A stretch of DNA of 64,000 bases from assembly GCA_938045545.1 (NCBI GenBank), contig CALIBN010000002.1:8120-72119 (forward strand), given 5' to 3'. A program made the position numbers and the translations under genes. The notes beneath the pieces were generated by a model, which did no database searches, was not told the DNA's origin, and saw nothing but the letters and a program-made list of their open reading frames with translations. Shown here piece after piece: positions 25,264 through 35,407 of the stretch; position 1 is the stretch's first letter; the number at the start of each line of letters is the position of its first letter. This stretch comes from an uncultured archaeon (GTDB lineage Archaea; Thermoproteota; EX4484-205; JAAOZP01).

Positions 25264-27453
25264 CTATTGAATCTTTTTCAGAATGATGCTTGCAACCTTA
25301 CCGTTGAAAGGCGGGATTTCAACCAGCAGCTTACCTTGAACCAGTTTAACACGTAGATTAGCCTCCTGACCGTCAACCGCGTAGAGTCTACATGCTACTT
25401 CACTATTGAGATTATAGAACTCAGAATCAACCTCTATTAGAAAACTCTTTTTCTCAGACCTGTAGTCAATAAGGTTTATCAACAAGCTTCTTCCATCCAA
25501 GCCCTTAAACACCTTTGCAACAACTTTCTCAGAGTACCATTTTACTCCCAGGCTGTCCATGAACCTTGAATCATACTGCAGCTGCTTAACCCTCTTCCTG
25601 AGAGCTATCAATCTTCTTATATGCTCGGTTAATGGCTCGCCACTCTTAATCCTCGACCCAAGCGGGAGCGGTGTTACGTCAAACCTGAACCCGAGCAGGT
25701 AGACCCTGTTGAGAAGGTCGTCCAAGCCCACTTCACCATCCATATCCGGATAGTAGCATTTGCCTATCCATTCGACCGGCGGGTTGGCAAAGCCGTCTAT
25801 TATAATATACTCGGGGAAAGTGTATGCGAAAACTTCTGGAGCAGGATGCATCGTCTGGCTTGAGAAACTAGTGTAAAGGTGAAGACTGCAATATTGCCCT
25901 ACGGAGTCCCCATTTCCTTCGATACACAGTGAAAAATCTCGGGTAAGCTTCCTACCCTCCTCAGAGAGCTTCTGTATCGTTTTAACTCTTCCCTGGACTG
26001 AACACCCGTGATGCTTATGGCCGTGTGCAAGGTTGAAACAATAGGAAACAGGTGGGGAAAAAGTTTGATCGATATAGGCGAAGTCGGCACCATACTCCTT
26101 CAAGTATTTCTCCACAATCCAATGGACCAAGTATTTCTGCCAGCCCTCAGAATATGTGCACATTATCCTGAAACCGTCGTTTTCAAACTCTCTTCCAGGA
26201 TACTGCACAGTCGTCGACCCGTCGAAGTTTGTTTGAGCGTAATTTCTGAACTCGCCCATCCAGTCCGGAATCCCCTCGGATTCGGGAATCCTGATGCCTC
26301 TTGCACAAAGATACTCTCTTACGGAGGGTGAGAATGCTTGAATGTTAAAGTAGAAGCCTATTATACCGCCCTTACTTTTGACCATGGATATTGCTTGCTT
26401 AAGCTCTTCAACCGTTCCTAGTCTCGGATCCGGATAGTAGAACCTGTAGCAACAGCCATCTCCAACCATCTGGCCCCACAACTGAATATGGTTTAGACCA
26501 AGATACTCCGCGTCCTCAAAAAGGTCTTCAATATCCTTGAAGCTGAACTTCATCTCCCCCCCAGCTTTAAAGTGCACACCATACCACCCGTCGCTCCATT
26601 TCAGCTTTTCAGGAACATTGGGCTTCACCATCCAAGACTCAGCCCACTCCCTATACCTATCGGCAGCCCAGTGCCAGTCCCCATCATGCACCCCGATTAC
26701 AAAAGGGCTTGACCTCCAAGAGCTTCCAACGGGAACATATGCATACTTCCTCATCCCGAGGTTCATCGCCCCTCTCGAGCAATCTGGGTTTGATTCTAGG
26801 GCAGTAAGTATTAGCTCCTTATCGTAACTAGCGATATAGAGTCCTGCTTTCTCATCGTAAATATCCATCCACATCATTGAGGCAAAACCGCCGTAAAGCA
26901 GCGTTCTAGGATAGGTTCCGCATTTTCCAACCGGATCCTTGATTTTCTCCCCGAAACGATTCGGCCTAACCAGTATGTCGTCCTCACTAGCATCACCTAT
27001 ACATACTCCTTTTAACTGCGGGAAGCCTATTCCGACAACATCCTCTGAGCAAACCCGATCCAGGGTATTGTCAACTTGGACATCGCAGGTTAGAAGCGGG
27101 CTTTCACCTTCAAGCGTAAAACTGTATTTCACATCCACCGATTCAATCCTGTGGAGAACCTCTATAGAGGAACGTGGGCCATCCTTGTTCAACCGGATTT
27201 CCCTCAAGGTTTCAGGCCCCGATGAAACCATTCTGAATGGCTCGTCATCATTTGCGTAGACGGTGGATTTCTTTCCCTTCTGGAGGAACCAGATGTAAAC
27301 CAATCCATCAGAGGGATACTTCAGATATGTGGTTGAAGCCTTTTTGTTCACAATCTGCTTTATTCCCCCGCTTTCTGGATTAAACACTACTTCGACCTTA
27401 TCGTTGCTTAGAATTAGGCGATGTTCTCCTTTTTTCTCAGTCAGGGAGACCAT
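25264..27453 (-). CDS. large hypothetical protein, probable glycoside-hydrolase-like TIM-barrel core
   Basis: 729 aa, no signal peptide; central region rich in W/Y/D/E typical of glycosidase barrels; family not recognised. Confidence 0.35.
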   Translation of the reverse strand: MVSLTEKKGEHRLILSNDKVEVVFNPESGGIKQIVNKKASTTYLKYPSDGLVYIWFLQKGKKSTVYANDDEPFRMVSSGPETLREIRLNKDGPRSSIEVLHRIESVDVKYSFTLEGESPLLTCDVQVDNTLDRVCSEDVVGIGFPQLKGVCIGDASEDDILVRPNRFGEKIKDPVGKCGTYPRTLLYGGFASMMWMDIYDEKAGLYIASYDKELILTALESNPDCSRGAMNLGMRKYAYVPVGSSWRSSPFVIGVHDGDWHWAADRYREWAESWMVKPNVPEKLKWSDGWYGVHFKAGGEMKFSFKDIEDLFEDAEYLGLNHIQLWGQMVGDGCCYRFYYPDPRLGTVEELKQAISMVKSKGGIIGFYFNIQAFSPSVREYLCARGIRIPESEGIPDWMGEFRNYAQTNFDGSTTVQYPGREFENDGFRIMCTYSEGWQKYLVHWIVEKYLKEYGADFAYIDQTFSPPVSYCFNLAHGHKHHGCSVQGRVKTIQKLSEEGRKLTRDFSLCIEGNGDSVGQYCSLHLYTSFSSQTMHPAPEVFAYTFPEYIIIDGFANPPVEWIGKCYYPDMDGEVGLDDLLNRVYLLGFRFDVTPLPLGSRIKSGEPLTEHIRRLIALRKRVKQLQYDSRFMDSLGVKWYSEKVVAKVFKGLDGRSLLINLIDYRSEKKSFLIEVDSEFYNLNSEVACRLYAVDGQEANLRVKLVQGKLLVEIPPFNGKVASIILKKIQ

Positions 27454-27569
27454 ACCTTCCAGGCGAAGGTTAAGGATAAATGTTTTTCTAGTTAGAATGC
27501 TACTATATCTTGTAAGAATATGGGATAGGCATATAGATTTATAACCTAAAAGCAGATGGAAGCAACTAT

Positions 27570-28340
27570 ATGCTAAAGATAGATTGTCATTCCCATATTA
27601 GTGGCAGGTTCTTTAAATGGGGGGTGGAGTTAAAAAGTCTTGTAGAGGCTGCTGATAAACTGGGTATCGATAAGCTGTGTTGCTCAATACCTATCGTTGA
27701 AGGTATGCCTACGCCAAGCGAGTTTAAAACCTGTAATAACGAGATGGTCAAGGCAATGAAGGAATATCCAGATAAGATTCTTGGCTATTGCTTCGTTAAC
27801 CCTGGATATCAACAAGAATCTGTCGAAGAGATCGAAAGGAGGGTTCTTGAAGATGGAATGATAGGTGTAAAACTATATAACCAGTATCGATGTTCCGATC
27901 CGGTTGTTTATCCAGTAGTTAGGAAGGCGGTAGAGCTTAAGGTTCCAATCCTACAGCATGCAGGATATCTTACGGATCCTGCCGAAGCGGCTAGGCAGCC
28001 GAATATTTCTAATGCTCGCGACATCTCGTACTTGGCCTCCCTATTTCCGGAAGCGATGATAATAGAGGCCCATCTCGGTGGGGGAGGGGACTGGGAATGG
28101 GCTTTAAAGGTTCTGAAAAACACGCGTAACGTTTACGTCGATACGAGCGGCAGCGTGATAGACTGCGGGATAATAGAGAAAGCCGTTAAGCTCTTAGGTG
28201 CAGATAGATTATTGTTCGGCACCGATTTGAGCATGGAGGAAGGGATCGGTAAAATATTGGGTGCGGAAATAAGCGAACGGGAAAAGAGCCTCATATTCGG
28301 GGAGAACATGCGGCGGATCCTGGAGGCTAGGTCCAGATGA
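27570..28340 (+). CDS. amidohydrolase-2 family metal-dependent hydrolase (TIM barrel)
   Basis: MLKIDCHSHI N-terminal HxH, …VDTSG…, …FGTD… C-terminal Asp motif. Confidence 0.7.
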   Translation: MLKIDCHSHISGRFFKWGVELKSLVEAADKLGIDKLCCSIPIVEGMPTPSEFKTCNNEMVKAMKEYPDKILGYCFVNPGYQQESVEEIERRVLEDGMIGVKLYNQYRCSDPVVYPVVRKAVELKVPILQHAGYLTDPAEAARQPNISNARDISYLASLFPEAMIIEAHLGGGGDWEWALKVLKNTRNVYVDTSGSVIDCGIIEKAVKLLGADRLLFGTDLSMEEGIGKILGAEISEREKSLIFGENMRRILEARSR

Positions 28341-29122
28341 TCATAGATTTCAACGTGTATCTGGGACACTGGCCATTCAGAAGGCTTTGCGTTAGAACCG
28401 CGCTCGGGATTCTGAGGCAGATGGATAGGAGCGGGATAGACATCGCTGTGGTCTCGTCTTTAAACTCCGTGCTCTATGCCGATCCACATGATGGAAATCT
28501 AGAACTTCTACAGGAGATTGAACAATACAGCGAAAGGTTTGTTCCACTAGCCGTCCTCAACCCGAAATACCCCGGTTGGGAGGGTGACTTGGAGGAATGC
28601 ATCAACCACGGCTGTAAGGGATTAAGGCTCTATCCGCAGTACCATAACTATTCGCTGACGGATGAAGAGTGTTTGAGGCTTGTTAAGAGAGCTCATGAAA
28701 GTAATCTTGTCGTCTCGATACCAGTCAGGCTCAGGGACGGTAGGGGGCGGCACTGGATGGACTCAGCGAGGGATATTAATCTGGAGGAGTTAAAGCAACT
28801 CGCGGAGAGAGTTCCAGAGGCGAAAATAGTGGTCTTAGAAGCAAGAGGGGTTGCTGATTCCCCATTGTTCGAGTATCCTAACGTATATTTCGAAATATCC
28901 GGGATGGACGCCGCTTTCGGTGAGATCGACAGATTAATTGAACGAGTTGGCGATTCCAGGGTAGTTTTCGGATCCGGTTTTCCGTTAAAATACTTACAGA
29001 GCGCTATTCTAAAGGCTAAGCTTATCCGAAAGCCTGAGGAAACGGTTGAGAAAATACTATGGAAGAATGCATACGGACTCCTGGGCTTGGACCAAAAGAG
29101 ACCTTCATGTAGGCTCAATTGA
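28337..29122 (+). CDS. amidohydrolase-2 family metal-dependent hydrolase paralog
   Basis: MIIDFNVYLGHWPF…; FGSGFP near C-terminus; ATGA overlap with preceding paralog. Confidence 0.6.
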   Translation: MIIDFNVYLGHWPFRRLCVRTALGILRQMDRSGIDIAVVSSLNSVLYADPHDGNLELLQEIEQYSERFVPLAVLNPKYPGWEGDLEECINHGCKGLRLYPQYHNYSLTDEECLRLVKRAHESNLVVSIPVRLRDGRGRHWMDSARDINLEELKQLAERVPEAKIVVLEARGVADSPLFEYPNVYFEISGMDAAFGEIDRLIERVGDSRVVFGSGFPLKYLQSAILKAKLIRKPEETVEKILWKNAYGLLGLDQKRPSCRLN

Positions 29123-31087
29123 AAACATGTTCTTCCCATAGTAGGTCAGGAAGGCGCCTATGGCCTCGCCGGCCCCTACGTTCGAAGAGACAACGGGCGT
29201 GGCCATTATTCCGACATCCCCTCGGGCAATCTTTCCCGTTACAGCACTCATGCACTCCCAGACGCTCGGATGCTTCAAGAGGAATCTCACCATCGAATCT
29301 TTCACCGCCTCTAAGAGGTCAGGATAGTAGTTGAAAGCCGCGGCCACCGCTAGGGAGCACGATTTCGTCCATGCCGGCCCCCTCCAGTAAACCTCCTCCT
29401 CAAACCCGGGCTGGCCCGGAGCGAGGGTGAAAACCCCGTATTCACCTATCAGTTTGAGGAAATTCTTCCTGGCTCGCTGAGCCTTTTCCGAGTCAACCAG
29501 CCCATAAGCGAATGGAAAGAGTCCGTCCACGCCTATCCTAGTATCCAGCGAACCATCCTGGTGAAGGACGCCGTACCAGTCTAAGCCTTCGTCCCAGAGG
29601 ATGCGATCCATGGTCTGCCTAGTTTTCTCGGCCAGCCTAAACCATGTGTGCTCCTCACCGTTCTCAAGGATTCCGGCTATTCTGCCCATTGCTTGCTCGA
29701 AACGGCATTTTTCAGCCGCGAAGATGGTAGGATAGCAGAAATCCTCCCTCCCTCTAGAGTCGCCATAGGTCACTTTCTGAAACGCTGGGAAAGTATCCAG
29801 CCCGGTATCAAAAGACGTGAGAATAGCCCAGAGGCCCATCCTATGTAGCCTAGCATCCCGAGACTCGTTGAGATAGTTGTAGTACTTCACCAGCCTAGGA
29901 TACCATGCTTTAATACTTTTGAGATCTTTAGTAGCATAGTAGTATCTCAGCACGACCCATGGAATGTGAGGAGTCTGAATAATATTTTTCCTGCTCCACG
30001 TTTCACCCGGAGTTCTCTCGCTGAGGTAAATTGCATGCGTAGTATAACCGTCTTCCCTCTGGTGTTTGAAAAATAAGTTCAGAAGGTTTTTGACGAAGCT
30101 AGGTCCTATTTCCGGGTTAAGCATCGAATGCCACTCGATAGCAGGAAGGGCCCATTGCCAATAGCCGCGGTAAACCGGTAGGGCTTCCAGAACGGTTTTT
30201 CCCAAACGTGGATGCTTATAGTAGTTTAACCTCACGTTCCACCAGCATTTATAGTACGCCTTTCTATCCGCCTCGGCTTCAAAACTCGGTGCGGGTAGAG
30301 AGTTGAACCATTTATTCCACTTCGCCCTAATGCTTGCAACAGGGTTCTTCAGCTTCAGCGCTTTAGCTGCTTTCTCGGGAGACTGGAAGCTTATCCCGAA
30401 CACAAGGCGGTCTCGCCCCCCCGATTTCAGAGCAATATTGTTTTCAAAAACAATATGACGCCCGGTTTTCCTACGTACATGAATAGTGCCCTTCTCCAAG
30501 TCGCCGAGGTATTCCTCTTCAGAAGAGTACACGCCGTAGTTGCTTGACTCGAAAGCTAAGAACAAGCTTTTCTTCCCAAGATGGATTTTTAGAATATTCT
30601 TAGAGTTTTTGCTTACCCTTGCGGAGGAACCTCTCAGAGAAACAACAGTGTAGAATTTTCTGTTCACGCTGTATGGCGGGTGGCATCTGGCTTCAAGAAT
30701 AATCCTCCAGAAGAAGCCTCCATTCGGACACTGGCCGAACAGCTCAGTAGCCTCAATCCCAACGTTTGAGAAAACGATTTCCCTCTTTACGAAGGAGGGT
30801 TGATACTCCATAGTCTTAAAGTAGAAAACGTTCTTAGCCAGCCTTCGGCCTGACAGATCTGGAAAAACATATTCTCCGAATTTTAAAGCAGCTACAGGTG
30901 TCTCTTCATAAGTCGTTTCCTCCCTGTTATCTAAGAGCCAACCGATAGATCCGAATTCAGAGGGATATGCGAAGGAAATAGAGAAATCCTCTTCCTTCAC
31001 GAGGATGGCGGTACGCCGGGGCAGTTTCTCATTAAAACCCTCTTTCACCAGATCCCAGAAATCCTGTCTTCTTGAAGACATCCTCAA
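29105..31087 (-). CDS. (alpha/alpha)6-barrel glycoside hydrolase, GH63 / amylo-alpha-1,6-glucosidase (GDE_C)-like
   Basis: 660 aa; W/Y-rich helical repeats (…YYKCWWNVRLNYY…, …RGPAWTKSCSLAVAAAFNYY…) characteristic of six-hairpin glycosidases. Confidence 0.5.
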   Translation of the reverse strand: MRMSSRRQDFWDLVKEGFNEKLPRRTAILVKEEDFSISFAYPSEFGSIGWLLDNREETTYEETPVAALKFGEYVFPDLSGRRLAKNVFYFKTMEYQPSFVKREIVFSNVGIEATELFGQCPNGGFFWRIILEARCHPPYSVNRKFYTVVSLRGSSARVSKNSKNILKIHLGKKSLFLAFESSNYGVYSSEEEYLGDLEKGTIHVRRKTGRHIVFENNIALKSGGRDRLVFGISFQSPEKAAKALKLKNPVASIRAKWNKWFNSLPAPSFEAEADRKAYYKCWWNVRLNYYKHPRLGKTVLEALPVYRGYWQWALPAIEWHSMLNPEIGPSFVKNLLNLFFKHQREDGYTTHAIYLSERTPGETWSRKNIIQTPHIPWVVLRYYYATKDLKSIKAWYPRLVKYYNYLNESRDARLHRMGLWAILTSFDTGLDTFPAFQKVTYGDSRGREDFCYPTIFAAEKCRFEQAMGRIAGILENGEEHTWFRLAEKTRQTMDRILWDEGLDWYGVLHQDGSLDTRIGVDGLFPFAYGLVDSEKAQRARKNFLKLIGEYGVFTLAPGQPGFEEEVYWRGPAWTKSCSLAVAAAFNYYPDLLEAVKDSMVRFLLKHPSVWECMSAVTGKIARGDVGIMATPVVSSNVGAGEAIGAFLTYYGKNMFSIEPT

Positions 31088-31180
31088 ACAATATGAAGCT
31101 AAACCCAGTATTAAGGCTTACTTGAAGTATTAACAAATCTTAAATAATGCTTACAAAAGCTCTATTCAACAGTGTGAACA

Positions 31181-32395
31181 TTGGCAAAAGTTTCCGTTGT
31201 AAAGATTCCGCGAAAATGTTTTGACGAAGATGTTTTCCGCGGTGTGAAGCACAGCATAGAACTATTAGGAGGTCCAGAGGCATTTGCAAGACATGGTGAC
31301 AAGGTGGTTGTGAAACCCAATATTTTAAACGTTACGGATGTTGAAGCCACAGACCCCCGAATAATTTACGCTGTCTCTAAAATATTTAGGGATATTGGAT
31401 GCAACGTTATCGTTGGCGAGAACCCTCTTGTCGGAACAATATCCAGCGAAGTCTTTGAAAAAATGCGGATAAGAGAAGTCGCCGAGAGGGCTGGAGCAAG
31501 GTTTGTTGATTTCCGTAGGGATGAACAGGTAACCGTGGAGGTTCCGGATACGAAAGGCTGCCCTACATTAAGAATCGCTAAAACAGTAATGGATGCCGAC
31601 CTCATAGTTAGTCTTCCGGTCATGAAGCAACATGGATTATGCAATGTTACGCTGGGGTTGAAAAACATGTGGGGTGTTATAGGACCAACTCAACGGCGGC
31701 TAGGTCATCTTAACAGCCTGAATTGGACGCTTGCAGAACTAAACAGGATCCTACGAGTGAGATTAACCATTATAGATGGTTTAATAGGAGTTGGCTATAA
31801 TGAGGCTTTCCCCCTGGGGCTTATAATAGCCGGCGACGATCCTGTTGCCACAGACGCTATAGCCTGTTTGAGAATGGGTTTTAACCCGATGAGCATCGAG
31901 CATATTCGCTACGCCCATGAGCTCGGATTGGGAGAGATAGATCCAAAGAAAATAGAGCTGGTGGGAATAACGCTTGAGCAGCTCATTAAAGAGGGAAAAG
32001 CTTCGAGGAAAATTTTTGTAATGCCTCTTGCAAAACCCGCACGGCTTCTTAAGCGGGCTAGGAACGTTAAGCTAGTCCAAGGGAATGTGTGCTCAGGCTG
32101 CGAGAAAAAGCTATCCATAGCTATAAAAAAGGTTGGCATAAGACAGATTGCGAAAGGCCCTAAAATGGCGATCATTATCGGTAGGGGTGCTAAACCTTTA
32201 GATGGGCGTATAAACATTATTATAGGCAGGTGTCTCCAAGAATACAGAGACAAGGGGGTCTTTGTAGACTATTGTCCAGCCTACGATCCGGATATACAGC
32301 AGGCCATTGAAGTAGCCCTTGGAAAACGTGAAAAGATCACTTATCTCTGGGACGAGTTAGAACAGAAGATGGAGAAAGGATTACCTGGATCCTGA
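31181..32395 (+). CDS. DUF362 domain protein with C-terminal Cys cluster
   Basis: KVVVKPNI…NVIVGENP pattern of DUF362; CSGCEKK Cys pair. Confidence 0.5.
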   Translation: MAKVSVVKIPRKCFDEDVFRGVKHSIELLGGPEAFARHGDKVVVKPNILNVTDVEATDPRIIYAVSKIFRDIGCNVIVGENPLVGTISSEVFEKMRIREVAERAGARFVDFRRDEQVTVEVPDTKGCPTLRIAKTVMDADLIVSLPVMKQHGLCNVTLGLKNMWGVIGPTQRRLGHLNSLNWTLAELNRILRVRLTIIDGLIGVGYNEAFPLGLIIAGDDPVATDAIACLRMGFNPMSIEHIRYAHELGLGEIDPKKIELVGITLEQLIKEGKASRKIFVMPLAKPARLLKRARNVKLVQGNVCSGCEKKLSIAIKKVGIRQIAKGPKMAIIIGRGAKPLDGRINIIIGRCLQEYRDKGVFVDYCPAYDPDIQQAIEVALGKREKITYLWDELEQKMEKGLPGS

Positions 32396-32675
32396 ATAGC
32401 CATATAGACGATTAGAGCCGAGATGTTTTAATATGGTTGTTGAAGACAACAGGATACGAAATTCTCATGGGGATGAATATTCAGCATGCGTGAAGAACTC
32501 AGGGAGGCTTTGGGCATACGAACGCGCGCGGTGCCTGTTGTAGCTCAAGCCTTGAACTTGAGTTTCCCCACAAGAGGGTGCGTTGCCCATACCGATTAAC
32601 ATTATCGGGTAACGTGAAAATTATAGTGTCGATTCACATAATATTGTAGAAAAATGCTGATGAAGGAAGGCTGGA

Positions 32676-34016
32676 TCAGCCTAATGTAGACTGGTTGTCA
32701 AGCTCCTTGATCTGCCGTCTCCTTGCGCCCCTGAGCCTCAGCCCATATTGAACCGTTAAGAGCTTCTCTGGCGCCAGCAGCATGCTTGTAGCGTAGAGGA
32801 CTAGAACCGTTAGGGCTGCTGAATACGGTATTCCGATTATGGTTTCAAAGGATATTGGCGTCATCGTCATGTCTTTAGCTATCATTATGGGGTAGGATGT
32901 TGGCAAGGCGTATACTAAAAGCTGAAGAGCTAAAGGCAGCGTGTCGAGGTCCCCGTACATCATCAGGAAGGAGGGAATCATTATTGGGACTATTACCACT
33001 CCGAGGAGAGAGTTCGCCATCCTGACATCGCTGCTTAACGCTCCAATCGCCACACCAAGAGACGTTACGAAAAGTATTGCAAGCAGCAGGCTGACCGCGA
33101 GAAGTATGAAGCTCTCAGGCGGTGGCGGAGGAAGCAATTGAGAAACATCTTTCACGGGAAAGTTGAAGCCAGACAGGGAAAGCATGTTGTTAAAGTACAG
33201 GACGAACCCGCCCGTAAACAGGATGCTTCCAATAACGGCTAAGATGGAGGAGCCCAGCAGCTTTGCCAGCAGAATATCGTAACGCGTCACTGGAAAGGTC
33301 AAGAGCGTTTCCAAGGTTTTCTCCTCATTCTCAACCGCAGTTGCAGTAGCAGCAAACTGGACAACAGTAATCGACAGCATTAAAAGCAGAAGCGGAATCA
33401 TGATGCTGTATCCCATTAGGAGCTGGTTGAAAAGCATTTGAGGAGGAACTTCAATTATTTTATCCTTAAGTATTGAACGAGCTGAAATGTTGAAGGGGTC
33501 TCGAACAACGTCAGGAGAAATGCTTGGGTTAAGTTTCGATATCAACATGTTGCTGAAAAACTTCGAAGATAAAGCCAGTACTCCTTCGACAGCCGTGTAC
33601 GCTCCCATTGAGCCTAGGCTCATGCTCTCCATTACAACGTATACTTCAACACTTGCCCTCCTGAAGTTAACCAGATCATTCTCAAACCCTTTTCTTATAA
33701 CCAGCAAGGCGTTTGAACCGAGCTTTCTCGCTTCACCGACTGCAGTATCCAAGTCAGCAGCATCAATCCTCTTAACATCCGCACCCAAGCTCATAGACAG
33801 GTTCAGGAGGGCATTGCTTAACGCAGTCTTATCACAGTCAAGCACAGCTATTTTCAACCCCTTGGCACCGGCTTCAATAGAGTGGCTCATTGACGTTGAC
33901 ATTAGAAAACCCAGTAGCGGCATCAATACCACTGGCACTACGAGGCCTATGTATATCCTAGGGTCTCTTAGAAGATCCTTAACCTCCTTCTCGACCAGTG
34001 AAAAAAGCTTCCTCAT
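32676..34016 (-). CDS. ABC-2 type transporter permease
   Basis: 446 aa, 6+ hydrophobic helices, large extracytoplasmic loop after TM1; ATGA overlap with ATPase gene. Confidence 0.7.
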   Translation of the reverse strand: MRKLFSLVEKEVKDLLRDPRIYIGLVVPVVLMPLLGFLMSTSMSHSIEAGAKGLKIAVLDCDKTALSNALLNLSMSLGADVKRIDAADLDTAVGEARKLGSNALLVIRKGFENDLVNFRRASVEVYVVMESMSLGSMGAYTAVEGVLALSSKFFSNMLISKLNPSISPDVVRDPFNISARSILKDKIIEVPPQMLFNQLLMGYSIMIPLLLLMLSITVVQFAATATAVENEEKTLETLLTFPVTRYDILLAKLLGSSILAVIGSILFTGGFVLYFNNMLSLSGFNFPVKDVSQLLPPPPPESFILLAVSLLLAILFVTSLGVAIGALSSDVRMANSLLGVVIVPIMIPSFLMMYGDLDTLPLALQLLVYALPTSYPIMIAKDMTMTPISFETIIGIPYSAALTVLVLYATSMLLAPEKLLTVQYGLRLRGARRRQIKELDNQSTLG

Positions 34017-34747
34017 CTACCGGCCACCTCGATGAAGGCCTCTTCAAGATTCGAAACCCCCAGTTCCTTTATAATCGCCTTCGCCTCTCCTACAAAAAGA
34101 ACGCGGCCACGATGTATGAAAGCAACTCTAGTACACAGATATTCTACCTCAAGCATGTTGTGGCTTGAAAGAACCACTGTTCCACCCTCCTTGACATGCC
34201 TGCTTACAACCTCCCTTATGTGTTTCGCGTGAAAAACGTCTAGGCCTGCGGTTGGCTCGTCTAAAATCGCTAGCCTCGGCCTCGTCATCAATGCCCTAGC
34301 TACCTGGAGCCGCCTCTTCATACCCTTGCTGTAAGTCTTCATCTTGTCATCTACCCTTTCACCCAGCCCAGAGATTCTAACCGCCTCCTCAACAGCCATC
34401 GACGCCTCAGTATTTGAATCAAAGTATATTCTTGATACTATAGATAGGTATTCGCGGCCACTCAGGTTTCTATATGTGCCGGCGTCCTCAGCCAGGTATG
34501 AGATGTAAGGCCTAATCCTACTTGCCTCCTTAACAGCGTCATACCCAAGTATGTTTACATAGCCGCTTGTCGGCAGGAGGAGCGTCGCCATTATTCTTAA
34601 AATAGTGGTCTTGCCAGCACCGTTAGGACCTATTAACCCGAATACTTCACCCTCTTCAATTTTTAAAGAAACCCCGTTGACAGCCGTCAGATCCCCGAAG
34701 CGTTTAACAAGGTTTCTGACTACAACTATGCTTCCAGCTCCCATCAT
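34013..34747 (-). CDS. ABC transporter ATP-binding protein
   Basis: GPNGAGKTT Walker A, LSGG-type signature (YSKGMKRRLQVARAL), ILDEPT Walker B. Confidence 0.9.
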   Translation of the reverse strand: MMGAGSIVVVRNLVKRFGDLTAVNGVSLKIEEGEVFGLIGPNGAGKTTILRIMATLLLPTSGYVNILGYDAVKEASRIRPYISYLAEDAGTYRNLSGREYLSIVSRIYFDSNTEASMAVEEAVRISGLGERVDDKMKTYSKGMKRRLQVARALMTRPRLAILDEPTAGLDVFHAKHIREVVSRHVKEGGTVVLSSHNMLEVEYLCTRVAFIHRGRVLFVGEAKAIIKELGVSNLEEAFIEVAGR

Positions 34748-34932
34748 GAATCCGTGTCCATAGCGAAGGGGAGGCTATTTAATTCTTCTGCAGAATTAGA
34801 AGAGGAAAAGGGGTTAAAGAAGCGAGCCTCACTAGTAACCAAGCATGAAGACATTCCTAAAAAAAGATTACATGGGATTCGTGTTCCACCAAGAAAAGAT
34901 TTAATAGTGAAAAGAACCATTTAGGATTAGAA

Positions 34933-35373
34933 ATGAGCGAATTACGATATTATAGAGATTTTTCTTTAATCATGATGAGCCGGATTCTCGAGAAGGAGTT
35001 TGGGAAGGAAGCGCTTGACGTTTTATTAGACTGGAGGAATAGGAGGATTGAGGAAGAATGGAGGAAGCGAGGCCTAGAGGCTGAGGATAAGTCTCCAAGA
35101 CATTTCTTAGCCCTGTTCAGTAAGGAGGCCCATGAGTTTGAAGTCTTGGAGGAAAGCGAAGAGGTCTTGGAAGTCATCGTTAAGAAGTGCATCCATGCTG
35201 AAGTCTTTAAAAAATTTAACGCGGCTGACATCGGGGAAAAACTAATCTGCAGTGGAGATCACTATGTTGTAAAAGGATTTAACCATGGGATAGAACTGGT
35301 TAGGGACAAGCTTTTAATGAGAGGAGATGAGTGCTGCCACTTCCTGTTTAGGCTGAAAAATCAGTGGATGTGA
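34933..35373 (+). CDS. hypothetical small protein with C-terminal Cys/His cluster (CSGDHY…GDECCHF)
   Basis: 146-aa ORF, no overlapping alternative; family uncertain. Confidence 0.4.
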   Translation: MSELRYYRDFSLIMMSRILEKEFGKEALDVLLDWRNRRIEEEWRKRGLEAEDKSPRHFLALFSKEAHEFEVLEESEEVLEVIVKKCIHAEVFKKFNAADIGEKLICSGDHYVVKGFNHGIELVRDKLLMRGDECCHFLFRLKNQWM

Positions 35374-35407
35374 AAAACTTATAAAGTTCTTTCACTCGCC
35401 CGCTCTC

